Shown here piece after piece: positions 61,615 to 64,000 of a stretch of 64,000 nucleotides of DNA (position 1 is the first letter of the stretch; every line of letters begins with the position of its first letter). The stretch spans positions 128,001-192,000 of the forward strand of contig CAVPSJ010000017.1 in the NCBI GenBank assembly GCA_963708295.1. Reading direction: 5' to 3'. Source of the DNA: an uncultured delta proteobacterium (lineage in GTDB: Bacteria; Desulfobacterota; BSN033; UBA1163). Below the pieces are notes generated by a model that saw only the letters and a list, made by a program, of their open reading frames with translations, was not told the DNA's origin and made no database searches. The translations under genes and the position numbers were made by a program.

Positions 61615-63534
61615 ATGTCTGGCATCGCTGTCAATGCACCGCAAACCATCCAACTGTTGATGGGGAATGAGGCCATTGCCCGGGGGGCTTTGGAGGCCGG
61701 GGTGGGTGTGGCTGCTGCCTACCCAGGTACGCCGTCAACCGATATCATCGATTCCCTGGCCGATGTCGCCAAAGGTCTCAATCTGTACGTAGAGTGGTCC
61801 GTCAACGAAAAGGTAGCCTTGGAGGTTGCTGCTGGCGCTTCCCTGGGGGGGGTGCGTGCTCTAACGGCGATGAAACAGCTTGGACTGAACGTCGCCCTTG
61901 ATTTCTTGGCCAATGTGAGCCTTACGGGGATCAGGAGCGGGCTTGTTCTTGTCGTCTGCGATGATCCGGGGGCCCTTTCCAGCACCGATGAGCAGGACTC
62001 TCGGAACATCGCGAAGATGCTCGATCTGCCCCTTCTGGAGCCCGCAACGCCGCAGGAGGCCAAGGATATGACCAAATGGGCCTTCGAGCTGTCGGAGGAG
62101 ATATCCAATATCTGCCTGATCAGGAGCGTAACCAGGATCTCCCATGCGAGAGGAAACGTCGTCCTGGGTGAGCTGGCAAAGATAAGAAACATGGCATCTT
62201 TTGATACCACGCGGAAACCCTATACGACGATCATGGGAGGAGCGCCCCAGTACCACAGGGTCATGCACGAAAACCTTGCGAAGATCGCTCAGATCTATGA
62301 ATCCTCTCCTTTTAACGGGTATGCCGGGCCGGATCGGCCTGAACTCTTGATCATCACCTGCGGAAGCGGCTGGCTTTACTCATGGGAAGCCATTAAGATG
62401 CTCTCATTGCAGGATTCAGTGGGGATTCTGAAGCTTGGGACAACGTGGCCCCTGCCCGGCGAATGGATCATGAGGCATATGATGAAGGCAGGGAAGGTCC
62501 TTGTGGTGGAAGAAGTGGATGCCTTCCTGGAGAATAACTTGAAAGTGCTTGCTGTTGATTCCCGTACAGGAAGGGATTGGAGCTTCTATGGCAAGCATTC
62601 TGGTCACATCCATTCATTCGGGGAAATCAATACCGATATTGTGATCCGGGCCATCACGAACATCCTGACTAAGAAAGATACGATCAGGGACGTACCCTAC
62701 CGCCAGAGGGCGACAGAGATCCTTGGCAAATATGTGGTTTTCAGGGAAACCCAGTTCTGCCCCGGGTGTCCCCACAGGGGCTTCTTCTGGGCCCTGAAAG
62801 ATGCCTTAAAGCTGGATGGACAGGAGGGTGTCTTAGCCGGGGATATCGGCTGTTACGGGTCGGGGGCCGGGTCAACCGGATTCAAGCAGGTCAAGACGAT
62901 GCACAGCATGGGCTCGGGTATTGGTGTGGCCAATGGCTTGGGCAAGCTGGAGCAGTTCGGGTTTAAACAGCCGGTCCTGGCCGCGTGCGGTGATTCTACT
63001 TTTTTCCATGCCGCGATCCCGGCCTTGATCAACGGGATTCACAGCAAGGCCAACTTTATCCTTCTTCTTCTTGACAACACCGGAACAGCGATGACAGGTT
63101 TTCAGCCCCATCCGGGGATTCCAATCAATGCCGTAGGCGACCCGGCCCCTGCGGTGGATCTCGGCAATCTCTGCCGTGGGTTGGGTGTTCCCGTCGAGTA
63201 TGTAGATCCATACAATATAGAAGATACGACACGGACGCTGCTCAATGTGCTGCGTGACGCCGACAGGCCCAGGGTCGTTATTTCACAGAGAGAATGTTCC
63301 TTGATGAGGGCAAGGAGCCAGAAGCCGCTCTACCGGATGGATGTGGCCGTTGAGCAGTGCAGGGGTGAAACCTGCGGCTGCAACAGATTCTGCACCCGGG
63401 TGTTCCGATGTCCGGGCCTGATGTGGAACATCACTACGAGGAAGGCTGAGATCGACCAGGCGATCTGTGTTGGGTGCGGCGTATGTGTTGATATCTGCCC
63501 GGAGTCTGCTATTACGAGGGAGGAGATTCGATGA
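61615..63534 (+). CDS. iorA: Indolepyruvate:ferredoxin oxidoreductase alpha subunit
   Basis: MGNEAIARG, YPGTPS, NEKVA, CPGCPH, GDIGC, GDSTFFH, C-terminal ferredoxin. Confidence 0.93.
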   Translation: MSGIAVNAPQTIQLLMGNEAIARGALEAGVGVAAAYPGTPSTDIIDSLADVAKGLNLYVEWSVNEKVALEVAAGASLGGVRALTAMKQLGLNVALDFLANVSLTGIRSGLVLVVCDDPGALSSTDEQDSRNIAKMLDLPLLEPATPQEAKDMTKWAFELSEEISNICLIRSVTRISHARGNVVLGELAKIRNMASFDTTRKPYTTIMGGAPQYHRVMHENLAKIAQIYESSPFNGYAGPDRPELLIITCGSGWLYSWEAIKMLSLQDSVGILKLGTTWPLPGEWIMRHMMKAGKVLVVEEVDAFLENNLKVLAVDSRTGRDWSFYGKHSGHIHSFGEINTDIVIRAITNILTKKDTIRDVPYRQRATEILGKYVVFRETQFCPGCPHRGFFWALKDALKLDGQEGVLAGDIGCYGSGAGSTGFKQVKTMHSMGSGIGVANGLGKLEQFGFKQPVLAACGDSTFFHAAIPALINGIHSKANFILLLLDNTGTAMTGFQPHPGIPINAVGDPAPAVDLGNLCRGLGVPVEYVDPYNIEDTTRTLLNVLRDADRPRVVISQRECSLMRARSQKPLYRMDVAVEQCRGETCGCNRFCTRVFRCPGLMWNITTRKAEIDQAICVGCGVCVDICPESAITREEIR

Positions 63535-64000
63535 GTCTGAATCAGAAAGAACCTTTGAATTTGATCATTGCCGGAGTGGGCGGCCAGGGAAATGTGTTGA
63601 TTTCCAGGCTCATTGGACAGGCAATGGTCGATGACGGCTACCAGGTGACGATTGGTGAGACCTATGGTGCTTCTCAAAGAGGAGGGGCTGTTACCAGTCA
63701 TGTCAGGATCTCGAGAGATCACCGGTATGGGGCTATTATCCCGGAGGGGCAGGCAGATATCATCCTGGGGTTGGAACCGATGGAGACACTTAGGCACCTC
63801 GCGCTATGCGGCAGCCCGAGCACACATGTTATTACGAATACCAGACCCATCTACCCGATGTGTGTCGCAAGCGGGGAGGCTGAATATCCTTCTCTGGGAA
63901 TTATTAGGCAGAGTATTGACGAGCTTTCTAAAAGAGCGTGGTATATTAATGCTTCGGAGATCGCTCTAAACCTTGGCGCTTCACTGTTGGCCAATATCGT
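63531..64000 (+). CDS. iorB: Indolepyruvate:ferredoxin oxidoreductase beta subunit (runs off window)
   Basis: ATG 63531: ...IIAGVGGQGNV...ETYGASQRGGAVTSHVR. Confidence 0.9.
   Translation, partial: MSLNQKEPLNLIIAGVGGQGNVLISRLIGQAMVDDGYQVTIGETYGASQRGGAVTSHVRISRDHRYGAIIPEGQADIILGLEPMETLRHLALCGSPSTHVITNTRPIYPMCVASGEAEYPSLGIIRQSIDELSKRAWYINASEIALNLGASLLANI

Noticed and set aside
1262-63797. Numerous long antisense ORFs (e.g. 1262-2146, 6060-6788, 46101-46847, 52116-52943)
   Set aside because: Antisense shadows of well-supported genes, with no motifs

Overview
Bacterial chromosomal segment. Gene content and order (rpsU-yqeY-mutS2-dnaG-rpoD-tRNA-DUF164-rnpB-DUF4390-ntrY-smpB-ssrA, iorAB, Tct transporters) suggest an anaerobic Desulfobacterota/deltaproteobacterium-like organism (inference). 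Frameshifts cluster in 3.7-22 kb and look like assembly indels. Layout: (1) 0.8-6.7 kb Tct transporter, enolase-family enzyme and tartrate dehydrogenase; (2) 6.8-15.4 kb variable hotspot with three toxin-antitoxin pairs, gene fragments, a high-GC UroD-family gene, a ~345-bp direct repeat, recurring GGGGAC/GGGGTC junction motifs, and an AT-rich operon of three small HTH genes plus a wHTH/nuclease-like gene (candidate undescribed defence or regulatory system); (3) 15.4-53.3 kb housekeeping genes with many REP/MITE-like repeats, a ~445-nt structured non-coding element with terminal inverted repeats upstream of rpsU, a long RNase P RNA, and an smpB CDS that runs 32 nt into the tmRNA gene; (4) 53.8-64 kb second Tct cluster with a flavoprotein, an FrhB-like Fe-S protein and iorAB. 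All protein calls come from motif recognition by eye, not database searches.
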